A DNA stretch of 64,000 nucleotides from Phoronis australis (Eukaryota; Animalia; Phoronida), in NCBI GenBank assembly GCA_002633005.1, contig NMRA01000002.1, positions 1,829,023-1,893,022 of the forward strand. The letters run 5' to 3'. This document shows positions 23,301 through 34,961 of this stretch, piece after piece (the first letter of the stretch is position 1; each line of letters starts with the position of its first letter). A model generated the notes under the pieces. That model had not been told where the DNA came from. It saw only the letters and a list, made by a program, of their open reading frames with translations, and ran no database searches. Position numbers and translations under genes: made by a program.

Positions 23301-26300
23301 AGTCATTTGCCTCTGTATCCACCAAACTGCTGAAAGAATCATCATGAAAATGGATAGATGTGTTTCTAGTGGCAGAAAGCACCTCTGGCATGGATTATCA
23401 GATGAGTCCAACTACTCTGGTGCCCCCTTGTGGCATTTTGTACCTGCGGCTGTAGATCCTAAATCCTCTTGCAAGATCTTTTCGAAGTTTCTCATGTTCA
23501 CCTCTGTAATCCGTGATTTTCATGAAATTTAACAAATAGGAGGTGTTAGACCTATTCTAAACCATCTAGTTGGCATTTTTACGATTCTAGTAAACACCCC
23601 TAGAAGCACACCATTTGCATTGCAGACCTGGGCGCATTTCATTGCTCTTGTTACCCTTACTTGTCCTCATTTAAATGGTTATCAAGACAGTGTGTAATTC
23701 TAGTAAACTTTGAGGCAAACTTTGTAAAATTTATGTAAATCTTGGCAACTAACTTTGTTTACTGTTTGTCAACTTGTAAACTAAAACCATGGTTTATTAC
23801 AGACAGGTGGGAGTGAGTTGCCTGACACAGGGAATTCACAGTCCAACACTTGCAAGGTAATTAGCTTTCCTTTCAAATTGTTAGTAGAGGTAAACTGCTA
23901 CTATGCTGGGCCAGGATTTCAAACGGGGAGGGGGCACTTGTTGGTAAAGGGTTGATTAAGATTCCATGCTTTCGTTTGCTTCAATTCTAGTTTGCTTTGT
24001 CTTGCCATTTCCTGCTTACGTAAAATCAAGAACATTGTAACATTGTCTAAAACAACTTGCTCTTGGTAGTGCAAACAAAGTGTCTTGAGCCAGTCGAGAT
24101 TAACGCTGAGACATAGCGATTTGAGCCCATAGGACTGCATCGACATAAACGATGTCAGCCTGAAGTTATTGTGTAAATGGGCAGTGCAGTAGGTCCTACT
24201 GCATGGAAGTTCGTTTCGTGATAATTGCTATGCAGTTCAAGTTTGTGTTGATGCCAACGAAGTCATTGTTGTATCACTATACTCTTGTCCCTGCCAGGCT
24301 TGCTTTGAGCAGTTTGCTGACCAGACCTCCCTTCAACAACACCTTGAAGAAGTGCATATTTCCCCCGCCCCCCTTCGCTGTGGTCTCTGTTCCTTTGCTA
24401 CAGACTCTAACGTCCTCCTGAACACCCACATGCAGACTTGTCACCAAGCAGATCTGCAGGTAAGTTAAGAGTCGCTGCGATAGGTATCATAAGATCAAAG
24501 TGCTGACAAAGATATGGCATACGAAAGTTTGTCATGTTTGACATTCACCCATTTCCATTTATCACATGGTCAAGGTTTCCCTTTTAGGGGATACTCAAAT
24601 TAACGTGTTTGGTGTTAAGTTTATTGTAAAAACAAGTCAGTTTTCTCTGAGACAGTTTGTGCTTTATTGACAACTTATTCCAGGTGTTGCGACAACTGAT
24701 TGATCACCTTCTGAGTTGTTTTTGAACACAAAATGATTTCCAGTGATACATTGGACCACCATTTTTATTCACTGTACATCATCAAAGTCTAAAGCTGTTG
24801 GAAGGCTATAAATTGATTGATACAAGTGCTTTATATTGGTTTGCAGATTGGTAGCTCTGACCAAGCTGACGAAACTGGTGTCAGCGAGGATGCCAGGGTA
24901 ACCACTGATATTACCAGGTAACTGGTTAGCTATAAATTGAAGTATTTCTAAATTCTTCCAAAATAACTCAAGTTTAGATTGAAGTCCCACACAGTGCTAA
25001 TTGGGTCAATACAAAATCGTAAACTTCAATCATTTTGAAAGATTGCCATGAAACTCGAGCGATATCTTCCTATTGACGAGTGCGTGGTTATTACGATGAT
25101 TCTTTGATGGATGTGATTTCTACTATGGCTCCTGAAATGTTGACTTTGTTTTGACACATGTTTCTATATCTACCTAGTTTCGTGAATGATTGTCACAGCA
25201 TGTAACAGATAAATATTTAGCGAGGAGAGCATGACTGACGTTCATTTCAAACAAATCCGACTACTGCTGCACCCCCTGATGGCAGTCTGTCACAATATCT
25301 CCTGAATTTGGAGATTATTGTGAAATTTTTGCTGATGTGTTTGTAGCGGGAAGAGCATGGTTGATGTTCATTTTCCATCTTATCCAATAATTAGGCCACC
25401 TTATACCAGCAATATCTACTAAGTTCGTTAAATGATTGTCATGGAGTTAGGTTGTTTTGTCCCTGTTTACTTTCCAATATATCGGACTTCTGCAACGCTC
25501 CCATGCTGCAATTCCGCCTTTTGCGTCTGCCTCACTGTATCTACAAAGTCCCTCAGTAGAACTTCATCAATTGATGTGTTTCTATGACAGAAGACTCCAC
25601 CAGCCCATTGTCACATGTCTTCAGCGTGTTCTGCACCCCCTTGTGACAATTCAGTGTTTAGGATCTGCCTTTCTGTCTGCCAAACTGTTCAAAGTGTATA
25701 GCTACCAAAATTTGAGGAATGTGTTGCGATTGACCAAAACCTGACTGGCGTTGATTTTTGGACAGTTTTGACTACTGCTATACACTCTATTGGCTCTTTT
25801 ATTATTTTTGGACAGTTTTGACTACTGCTATATACTCTATTGGCTCTTTTATTATTTTTGGACAGTTTTGATTACTGCTATATACTCTATTGGCTCTTTT
25901 ATTATTTTTGGACAGTTTTGACTACTGCTATACACTCTATTGGCTCTTTTATTATTTTTGTTTTCATCAAAATCTACTAACTTTCAACAAGGATATTCGT
26001 GAAATTTGGACAGATTTGATTTCATCTAAAAAGGAACAGTATTTGGCCAATTTTGGACAGTTCTTACTTGTGCTGTGTCCCCTACTGGAAACTGTAATAG
26101 TTTAGTATTCATGCCTAGTATCTGCCAAATCCCAGACTCCATGAAGAATTGTCATGACAGCAAAGTGAGTTACTATTATTGTGAGCATGATTAGTGTTGA
26201 ATATAGGATAGATTCAACTGCTGAGGAGCCCCCTAGTGGTAATTTTGATATTCATTTCAATATCATCTAGCATACTATTTGTCAATTTTTAGATGATTAG

Positions 26301-29300
26301 CACAGACTGCAACTGTGCAACACTAGTTTTGCTCACTCTAGTAAATTCGCGTGGAAATGATTGAAAAAATGAGCACCCCTTACATAATCCGTTTGCGATG
26401 CACGCGGTGGGCGCTCATCAATGCCGTGCCATGCTGGTGTTCACTGTTATTGGAGACTCAGGTAGTGCTAATAAGTTCAAGCTGAAATCACAAACTCAAA
26501 ACTCAGTTAAGTACATGACCTTATTTTGTGTGATTAAGAATGTTAATATGATGTACTTACAAAAATAAACAAAAGGGAGTGACCCCAGAGCATGAACCAA
26601 AATTATTGGTTTTCAAAGATGGCGTTTCACGAGGGTTTAAAGTCACTCGGTTATTGTTTTGTTTCTTACAGACAGGCGAGCACAGCTCTTGAACAGCTGT
26701 TGCAGTTGAGGAAACCTAGTAATCCTGCAGTTGAAATGAGAATTGCAAATGGTAAGTTGAATCTATCTTGATTTATTACTTGGCAATTTTTTTGCAATGT
26801 CGTCTAAGTTCCCTAATTATTCTTCAAAAGTTTAACACTATATTCAAGCGTCTGTATGTTATTTGATTGATCAGAAGTTTATTCCTAGCAGGAGGGTGCA
26901 GTATCAATAGAGTTCTTTAACTTCACTGCCTGGCTGTCTAACCCACACAGTAGATAATATTTGAACAATGTCTTGCTTTCCAACTTACAGAGGAGATAAT
27001 AGATGGATTAAGAGCAAGGACTGTCTCTGTCTTTCCAACCCAGACTGAAGACCACAATGAATAGTAGTGCCACTGCAACTTTTTCTCATTCAGCATTACT
27101 TGCTGTGCCTTATAATTTATTACAGTTACATCAACTCCAGAATTACAACCAACAATAAATGATAATTCACGTCGATGTTACACACTGGGGGGACGCATGA
27201 AACAGTGATGAGTCAGTGGCTAGTTTCGATGATTTTATATTAACTGACAAGTCTGTTTTTAGACTCTGTTTGTACAAATTGCAGTGTTCAATATTCGAAA
27301 ACTAAACGCCAAAATGGCTCATGTTTAGAACCACAAAATTCAGTTTTGGCTCGAATTTTTGCGTCCCAAATTTTAGAGACTGTCCCAAACTGGAGAATTT
27401 TTCCATCACAATATCTGCTCATGTCACCCACAGGTGGCCGCGTGTTCACGTGCGAGGTATGCAGTAAACAGTTCATCACACGTGACAGTTACATGAAGCA
27501 TATGAGTGTACACTCAGACGAGCGCCAGTATAAGTGTGGTGAATGTGGCAAGTTGTTTAAGCGTATTACCCACGTGAGGCAGCACCTGCGTATCCACAGC
27601 GCTGAGAGGCCCTTTCCGTGTTCGCTGTGCCCCAAGCGATTCAAGACGCACGTGAGTTGGTGGTGGCGTTTTCTTTCTTTCATTTGTCATGGTTATGGTG
27701 TGGGAAAAAGAGAGGTTTCAAGCATGCTATTGAAATGACAGGAGCCAAAATACTGTGTGAAAACGATTCATAATATACCAAGGTCCGGGGTCTAATCTTT
27801 ATATTAGAAACCAAACATGAAATATTTTTGGTATTTTCTGGTTTAGTTTATTAGTGTGAAATCAAGATAAGTCTCTATTATTCTTTGCTAGAGCATATGT
27901 GGATAATTGTCTAATCCTAGTTTGAACTTGATGACCCAAGCATTAAACTGGGCTAAAAGTTTGAGTTTTAATCAAAATATTATTAGTTTTTACTCATTTG
28001 TAGCTCAGATCTGAGGGTCATCAAGTATGACCTTGGATTAGAAATTTATATGTTTAACCATTATGTACTATGCTTAACCATTATGTACTTATATGCTTAA
28101 CCATTATGTACTCATGCACAGCCTTGCCTTGCGTTCACACAGCAGTAGAGCGGGAAATCCCAAAAACAATTTTTAGTTAGATTCAATAAGAGTACAAAGG
28201 TTGGATTTCGGCTCTCGTTCTGTTAAGGGCTGTTCCAGCAAAATCTGTGTGGGAGGGGGGAAGGCAACTGAAATAAAAATTTATGGGTCGTTACGTTTGA
28301 TTTAAATTCAAAATGGCTGGTGGTCGTACTTCAAAAAAATAAAAATTTACAGGTCTTTGTTGTTTCATTGGGCCATAAATGTTTGATGGAGGGTAATTTT
28401 AGTAAATTTTATAAACAATCCGCACAGAATTAAAAGCTGAAACAAAAATGCAACTTGCAAAAAGCTCCGACTTTTTCACTCCCTCCGATCTCCTCATCGG
28501 CATGCCCATAACACCATTTAACCACAGGTGCTCGAATTTCTCAATGGCTAATAACCATATCTAAGAAACATATGTTTTCTTAGTAATGAATGACGTTAGT
28601 GGTGATGGAGGAACAGATAAACTCAAGCGCCTGTGCAGTCAACCACAAGAACAAAAAAATTACGGGTGGTTGCATTTCAAACGTATAAAAAATTACAAGT
28701 GGTAGGCTGAAGAAATGAATGAAAAATATGGGTGGTGGGTGCGAAAAAAAGGTGCCTTCCCCCCATACAGATTTTACTGGAACAGCCTTAACAAAAACGG
28801 TCATACATTCGGATCCTTGAATAATGGTATTGCTAAATAATCACCATGAGAATTGTTGTTTTCAAAAATTTTGCTTTTGTATGTAAGTTACTTAATATTT
28901 TAAGTGCTTAGGACATCCTGTATCCTTACAAAAAGCTCCCGTTTGTTTTTAAATCCAGACGAAAACAGTTTCCAAATGGAGGCTAAATCCAGATATCAAC
29001 CCAGTCCATTCTTAAGCGATCCCAAAGTATTTTGTTTGGCATCATGATTTCAGGCCCAAAGATTTACTAATTAAAAAAATTCACCAACGAGGCAGGTACC
29101 AGAGAAGTGAAACCTAGTGCATCTACATTGGCTAATTTTCATGATGTTTTGATTCTGGTGAAAATGATCGTAATTTCAAAAACCAAAAAGTTTGGGTTTA
29201 ATCCGCTATGTATCAATTTATTTTGGCCTGTGTTTTATTGCTGTTTAACCATCGGTAATGTGGTAATTGGTCTACTCCACTCAAAAGGACTTGAAATCAG

Positions 29301-32028
29301 CGCTCCTGATAACTAGGCTTCTTAAAGTATAATAGTTACACAACTGTTGTTGTACAAATCTATGGCCGGGAAAAGGGTCGAGTTTCTGTGCCATGAGAAG
29401 TAAACGTGAATTCTCCTTGAGATAAGGTGGACTAAAAGCATTTAAGGAGTATAGCAGGCAGGCTTACCATTGAGATGCAAATCATACTGTTGCACCATAC
29501 TTGGTTATGTAAATATAATGTGCACTTGAGCACTCAACAGATGGCACTGGTGTGTTACAGAACGCTGCCAAAGTTCACGAGCGAACTCATCAGGATGACA
29601 TGCCGTGGACATGTATGTATTGTTCAAAGTCGTTCAAGGAGAAGGCGTCCTTGACCCGTCACGTGCGCACGCATACGGGTGAGAAGCCATACCCCTGCCC
29701 GAAGTGTGGTCGCACCTTCCGTGAGCATGGCACACTGAGGCGGCATATGAAGTGTAAAGGTGAGTTTCACTGACAGTTTGATATAGCCATACCAAGGAAT
29801 GTCATATGAGTGTTGCAAAATATACTAGTCTGACAGTTTGATATAACCATACCAAGGAATTTCATCTGAGTGTTGCAAAATTATACTAGTCCGAAAGACT
29901 GAGTGCACATACTAGTAATTTGACATAATATGGTACTGTCACTGTCAAAATATAGCATTAATACACAAATCGTCATCTTTATCTGTCAATATCAGTTGGA
30001 GTCAATAAGCCAATGAGTCTATATCAGCTTATATGAGTATCTTTACTCATTGATATTAAGTTGATACGAGTCGTTATGTGTTTGAATCACTCTTGACTTG
30101 TCCTTTTCCATTCCATCCTCAGTTCCCTGCACGCTGCGTACACCCAACGATGAGGCGGTCAGTGTCCTGGTCCAGTTCTCCTCTGTTGTGCGCGATGACC
30201 AACAAGTGTCCACTGATCAAGAAGTGTCCACGGTGGAGGTAAACGAAGAGGAGCAAGTGCTGGAGACGACCCCGTTGAACCCTGATGAGGTAGGGGCTGG
30301 ACGTTTAGCTGTTGCTTGTATTCTCTTCAAATGTTTCTGGCAATCCTACTCACGGCTTCTAAATCATATTCCATAACCATTGAATGAATCATCTGCTTGA
30401 AACATTGAATCATACACATGAACCACAACATGACAACACGACAAAAGTAACCAGAAAATTACCCAGAATTCCCAGTTGTGATGGCTGAGCCTAGCAGACG
30501 GCCGAGTGCAAGTGGAAGCCACCAGCAGAATGGCTTGTCATGACGGGAAATTGTATTCTGGCCGATTACCTTAGGCATGTACTGCATGCATGAGCAAAAA
30601 ATCCTGCGCATGATCTGAAAAATCAGTTGATTGAACGAAAATTAGATGTTCGCGATCATCGTGATGGTACAAACCACTTGATGAATTAGGTCGGTTTTCA
30701 TTATAGTTGGCCTGTCTGTACATAGATATTGTTGTACCTGTGATTCAGTGGATCAGACGGGTGTGCGAGGTGTAGCTAAGGAACGGCACAATCAACTTTT
30801 TGTAGTGAGAATCGCTGAAGAGTGAACCTGTGAACAGATTCTTCAGTCCAAAAACAGACTGTATTGCTTGACTCTGGATGTGTCTGGCTGGCTCTCAGAT
30901 CAATTTGTACACTTGAACTGTGCTAAACTGTACTAGGTTTATCATTTACTAGGAAAAACTGTTGAAACTATTCAAATTATTTATTTTTTGGCCAGTCTCT
31001 GCACATAAGAAAGCCAAACACATTTAGAATTATTCACCACGCAACATCTAAGCTGCACATTGTGGGCCATATATTATGACCATTGGCTCACTAGTTCAGT
31101 TCACTGTGATTCATGGTTTTTAACTACTTTTCAATATTTTTGTTGACTTTGTAGTCTTAATGCCTTGTATTGAAGATGTAATATTAACAATATTAGTACT
31201 GACTGCCAGAAATATGGATGTACTGTTATTTGTCCTGTAATTTTAAGATTTTTTATACATTTATTCCCAATCACTAAAAAATTGTGTAATTTAAGTGATA
31301 AAAAACGCATACAGCACACTCACTCAATGGATGCTTAGCTTTCGACAAAATGGTGCCCCCAATTAAACTTAAATTTATTGTCAGATGAATATCATTGATT
31401 CCAAACAGAAAACAAGATTATTTTAAATGACTTAATGTTATTAAAATGGCATAGGCAAGATATCCATTTCCGAGCTTCAAAGGCGGGACCTGTTATATAA
31501 CACAGCCCCCCATTTGGTGGTCTTCGGCTCGAAAATGAATTTGCTTAATGTCATTTTAATAAGAATAAGACATTTTAAATAATAAGTTGTTTATAACATT
31601 CATGATTGTTTCACCATTATCACTGAAGCAAAGTTTAGAAATTTTCTAATTTCTTTGTTATTTTGTTGTAGACCCCTTCAGAGTACATTGTGGTAGACTC
31701 CAGTGGCCAGGCTCAGCCTGTGCAGAACATGGAGGTGCTGGGAGATTCCGTCCCCTATGTGATAGTGGAACAGCCCGACAACAGCTTCACTCTAGTAAGA
31801 CTTGGTCACCAACAGGATGAGGCCATTAGCATTGAAGGTTTGACAAGTGCCGACGAGGTGACGGAGGCGTTGAAGGCTGTCTCCGTGTTGAGGCCAGACG
31901 GGGAATCGATGAGAGACGAGCATGTGTCCGCCATTGCCATGGTTCCCGAAGCGGATGAGGTTGTTGCTCCAACAACAGTTGTCGAAATAGAGAATACTGT
32001 CGTGGAGCAACAAACACATACCGAGTGA
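14316..32028 (+). CDS. E4F1: Transcription factor E4F1-like C2H2 zinc-finger protein, ~772 aa, 15 coding exons
   Basis: E4F1-type motifs: DSHHCGQCKLDFVKLVDYINHK, FKTKGSLKRHMRRHTDERPF..CGRSFRESGALIRHQKSRTPC, KRFKTHNAAKVHERTH, FKEKASLTRHVRTHTGEKP..FREHGTLRRH. All 15 exons have GT-AG ends and consistent phases, totalling 2319 nt. Confidence 0.88.
15531..15743 (+). CDS. E4F1: E4F1-like exon 2 (N-terminal atypical zinc finger)
   Basis: cacag|...|gtaatg; HCGQCKLDFVKLVDYINHK. Confidence 0.85.
16658..16897 (+). CDS. E4F1: E4F1-like exon 3 (basic NLS-like run, C2H2 finger, acidic tract)
   Basis: tgcag|...|gtcagt; IRKRKKK, CEVCQRSFRREAALKRHQEHDH. Confidence 0.85.
17468..17640 (+). CDS. E4F1: E4F1-like exon 4
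   Basis: ttag|...|gtgagt; ends RPYKCEECGKLFKV. Confidence 0.85.
17623..17745 (+). repeat. 41-bp minisatellite x3 spanning the exon 4 splice donor
   Basis: Unit ggcaagttgttcaaagtg|gtgagtgttawggccactagtga at 17623, 17664 and 17705. Confidence 0.9.
17937..21189. repeat. Near-identical ~1-kb duplication (17937-18943 and 20190-21189) across a single N; probably allelic haplotypes
   Basis: Both start gatccactgcattatgcattttggcgcc and run to caccctgtatttaa; n at 20189. Confidence 0.85.
18944..20188. mobile_element. Putative TTAA-site insertion (Kolobok-like), 3' end lost at the assembly join
   Basis: Copy 1 continues TTAA|GGTAGGTGG where copy 2 continues TTAA|CAAGC; no matching right TIR is visible. 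Confidence 0.45.
21227..21353 (+). CDS. E4F1: E4F1-like exon 5
   Basis: tttcag|...|gtactg; EGVLRSHMLRHS...CPFAFKTKGSLKRHMRRHT. Confidence 0.9.
21984..22062 (+). CDS. E4F1: E4F1-like exon 6
   Basis: ttttcag|...|gtttgt; DERPFNCKDCGRSFRESGALIRHQKS. Confidence 0.9.
22526..22634 (+). CDS. E4F1: E4F1-like exon 7
   Basis: tttcag|...|gtttga; (R)TPCTLKTDRCLPRYGK...HNE. Confidence 0.75.
23803..23856 (+). CDS. E4F1: E4F1-like exon 8
   Basis: ttacag|...|gtaatt; TGGSELPDTGNSQSNTCK supplies the first Cys of a finger completed in exon 9. Confidence 0.75.
24298..24459 (+). CDS. E4F1: E4F1-like exon 9 (two central zinc fingers)
   Basis: ccag|...|gtaagt; ACFEQFADQTSLQQHLEEVH...CGLCSFATDSNVLLNTHMQTCH. Confidence 0.82.
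24847..24917 (+). CDS. E4F1: E4F1-like exon 10
   Basis: ttgcag|...|gtaact; IGSSDQADETGVSEDARVTTDIT; phase 0 to 2 bridges exons 9 and 11. Confidence 0.7.
25754..25960. repeat. 50-bp minisatellite, ~4 copies
   Basis: Unit atttttggacagttttgactactgctatacactctattggctcttttatt. Confidence 0.92.
26672..26751 (+). CDS. E4F1: E4F1-like exon 11
   Basis: cttacag|...|gtaagt; QASTALEQLLQLRKPSNPAVEMRIAN; phase 2 to 1. Confidence 0.75.
27434..27651 (+). CDS. E4F1: E4F1-like exon 12 (C2H2 array)
   Basis: cacag|...|gtgagt; CEVC..HMSVH, CGEC..HLRIH, CSLCPKRFKTH. Confidence 0.9.
27910..28042. mobile_element. Small inverted-repeat element (MITE-like)
   Basis: tctaatcctagtttgaacttgatgaccc pairs imperfectly with gggtcatcaagtatgaccttggattaga. 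Confidence 0.5.
28227..28787. mobile_element. MITE with ~38-bp TIRs (PIF/Harbinger- or Kolobok-like)
   Basis: GGCTGTTCCAGCAAAATCTGTGTGGGAGGGGGGAAGGCA...TGCCTTCCCCCCATACAGATTTTACTGGAACAGCC, flanked by (T)TAA on both sides. Confidence 0.8.
29561..29759 (+). CDS. E4F1: E4F1-like exon 13 (C2H2 array)
   Basis: ttacag|...|gtgagt; NAAKVHERTH...CMYC...HVRTHTGEKPYPCPKC...RHMKCK. Confidence 0.9.
29770..29891. repeat. 60-bp tandem duplication
   Basis: ctgacagtttgatatarccataccaaggaat...gagtgttgcaaaatatactagtc x2. Confidence 0.8.
30123..30289 (+). CDS. E4F1: E4F1-like exon 14
   Basis: cctcag|...|gtaggg; (V)PCTLRTPNDEAVSVLVQFSSVV...NPDE. Confidence 0.82.
31417..31583. mobile_element. Imperfect ~165-bp palindrome (palindromic MITE-like)
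   Basis: attattttaaatgacttaatgttattaaaatggcat pairs with atgtcattttaataagaataagacattttaaataat; centre near tgttatataaca. Confidence 0.55.
31672..32028 (+). CDS. E4F1: E4F1-like exon 15 (acidic C-terminus, stop)
   Basis: ttgtag| acceptor; TPSEYIVVDSSG...QQTHTE*; AATAAA at ~32687. Confidence 0.85.
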   Translation, partial: TPSEYIVVDSSGQAQPVQNMEVLGDSVPYVIVEQPDNSFTLVRLGHQQDEAISIEGLTSADEVTEALKAVSVLRPDGESMRDEHVSAIAMVPEADEVVAPTTVVEIENTVVEQQTHTE

Positions 32029-34897
32029 TTGAGATAGACTGGTCAGAACATGGAGTGAAAATACCATTGGCACATTGTCTTCTAAGTTTATTTGGAGATG
32101 GTTGCCACAAACTTCAGTGTGGTAAAATGTTGAATAGGGACGTAGAGAACTAGTTGAATATGGCTGAGAGTTGTTTGGGTAGCTTTTAAGATTTGTAAGC
32201 CTCATCTTGATAAATGGAAATTTATGAGATGATCCTGAGAGTGCAAAGCAATTTTCCGCTATTCCACAGAACTCTTAACAACATATGTTGAATGAAGCTC
32301 AGATACAGTACTTGTCACACTGAACAATAGGTGGCAGCATTAGTTTTGCTCTACATGTAGACTAGTTCCTGTTGGAAATGAGCTGACTCCAATCTTTTCC
32401 GACTCGTGAGTGGATGAGTCACTTAGACTAGCTGGCCTTCTCATCAACAAGGGCACAGAGTGGTCACCTCAGCTACACTAATGGCATGGTGTTACCTTTA
32501 ACATAATGTTAATGCCTCTAGGCTACAGCGCCACATCAAGGTCACTTCAAATTACTACACTGTTGTTAGTCACCTGCAGATTGTACATTTGTCTTTCTAC
32601 AAGATTGCAAATAGACTATTTCCAGCTTCAAGAAGTTGTTAAGACACCAATGTAATTGAATATGTACAGATGATAACAGAACATCAAATAAACATGGTGT
32701 AATACACTCTCTGCCTTTTTCAACTGCTTAAGTAAACAACAAACAGGCTAATCAACTGATTAAGTTTCCAAATAACGCAATAAATAGTCAGAAAACTGAC
32801 TGAATTTCAGTTTTAAAGAAGCCAGTTGCGTGCTTGGCGAAAGGAACAAGACTATCAAACAGTGTTGGTGACTTCATAATCACAGGAAATAAAAGTTCTC
32901 CTTACCATGCCTGAAACCCAGTTAGTGTTTCTCAAAGGACATTCTGCATCCTTCACATTCCATCCTCTAGTATGCCTGGGAACTGAGTAGCGTTCTAGTC
33001 ATGCACTGGTTCCATTGACCAGGTGAGGTATTTGAGCACTAAGAGTGAGGTTATTAACACTTCCAGTTTCCCTTGATCTCATTTCTTAAGACTGGGTATT
33101 CTGGAGGAATTGTTGAGTCAAAAGGTGGAAGTCATGAAAGCGTCATTGCATGTGTATATCACGTGATTCAAGGGAATTTCCACCTTTTTGAAGGCTGATG
33201 GTGCTTTGAAAATTTGGCACATTTTATTTACTGTAAGTGGTATTTTGATCATTTTTCATTTGGCTTTCATAAAAATGACTAAAGTAAATAATTCTTCAAA
33301 CCAGAAGTCTGATGCTGTGATCAAGTGTCACAATGCAAACATTGTGCATCTGATCCACTGTTGTGCTGGTCTCATTACACATTCCTGACATTCCTCAAGT
33401 CAAAAGGTATTCTGCACCAAGACTGGGACTAACTGGACGGCCTCTTGCCCATCGATCACAGTTAAAGCAACATTAAACCCATGCTTTCTGACAAAACATT
33501 TTCATGTAGGTCACTTACCTTTTCTTGTCCCTTGCTCAGTTAAAAAGTGTTCTGTGGACTCAAGAAGAACTGACAGTTTTATTTCTCGAGACCAAGCGCA
33601 TGAAATTCAGGTGACAGCCTTAGTTAGAAATAACAAACTTCAGTCCTTTTACCGCCTTGGAATCCCTTACAACTCGAGACCAATTTCACTGTGGCAAGAG
33701 GCCCAAATGACACTGTATTGTACACTTAAGTACAAATGACACGGCGTTGTTCCAATTTAATCAATTGTATGGCACATCTTTGTATTATCTCTCCAAAAAT
33801 TTAATGTTCTTAGCATCGGCTTGAGCAGGAGTGATGTTGAAAACAAGCAGGGTTCAATGCTTAAAATAACTTCAACTTGACATTTCCCACTCGTCAAAAT
33901 TTCCAGCTCTACAACACATCATCCGAGGTCACCAAACCATGATAGAAAGGACCAAAAATGAAGTGCGTATCTGAAGTGAAAAGCTGACGCGATGTCTACC
34001 GACCTTGTTTTGTTTCTGAATGGAAATTGAGGAGTGTTTTGTGCATGCTGTGACAATGAATTCATTCCCCATGTTCCCCACTTCAGAGGCCAATATCCCG
34101 CGCACAAGCTCACCTCCTAATTGGGCCTCTCTGGTTTGTGCTGATCAGTTCTGATTACAGCAAGTGGTCCAAATCTTTAGTTATAACATGTCAAACTCTG
34201 CAGTATGAAACAACTTTCAAGTATGGCATTAACTACATCAAGTTGTGAATTACATTTTAATACATTACAAGTGAAAAATCATTTACAAGCAAGTTGTTTT
34301 GTACAAACTTGAGTCATGACTTTGTGTTTCAGATTAATGTTTGAAAGAAGAGGATGAATAAGTATTCAAAGTTGCAAGTAAAAACCAAAATTGAAATAAC
34401 CCGAGATTAAGAAACACTTCATGTTTAACAAAAATTTGTTTTTCATAAACTGACAAATGATGATTGGCTTCAACACGTAAGCATCAAGAGTCATAGGTAC
34501 AGTTGATGAGACAGCATGGAATTCAGGAGTCAAAACTAAGTCCAAGTCACAGTTGTATTGAGGTCACAATCTCCACAAATATCCACCTCTTTGGTCTCCC
34601 TGCCAGCACTATACACCCCAAGTCTCCATATTCTAAGTCTCCGGAGTCCACAGTCACCAATGGCAACAGTCCAAGCCACTGGATGAATATCCACGTAATC
34701 ATATTCTATCACTGTGGCTCAATACACTGCATGAATATTCCCTGCACTGCATTCAGCAGTAATGATAGCTAAAGACAATGCATGAACATTCATGCAATTG
34801 GATTCACCAGTCGCGATGGCCCAAAACACTACATGAATATTCACAACACTGCACTCGGCAATCCTTATGGCCCAAGGCAGAGCATTAAATTACGATG

Positions 34898-34961
34898 CTA
34901 TTCAATTGCAAACTTCTTCGCCTGAGCTCTGACCCTTTTTATGTATTCTGTCCTGTTGTTA
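34898..34961 (-). CDS. UBE2I: UBC9 coding exon 6 (64 nt, stop)
   Basis: ttttcag| acceptor; [23 protein letters not shown]. Confidence 0.92.

Noticed and set aside
25754-25960. Regular repeats (also 17623-17745, 59657-59838) resembling CRISPR arrays
   Set aside because: Head-to-tail units without unique spacers, in a eukaryotic intron with no cas genes.
22700-26400. Patchy degenerate repeat-like intronic sequence (recurring gaaatttgg-like motifs; similar at ~56400-57000)
   Set aside because: Probably old interspersed repeat, but I could not define ends or a family by eye.
34540-34875. Minus-strand frame with 17-aa repeats (WAI...NIH) after the UBC9 stop, suggesting readthrough or frameshift extension
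   Set aside because: The frame is closed by stops upstream and interrupted by TGA, and in-frame readthrough meets TAA after 10 codons.
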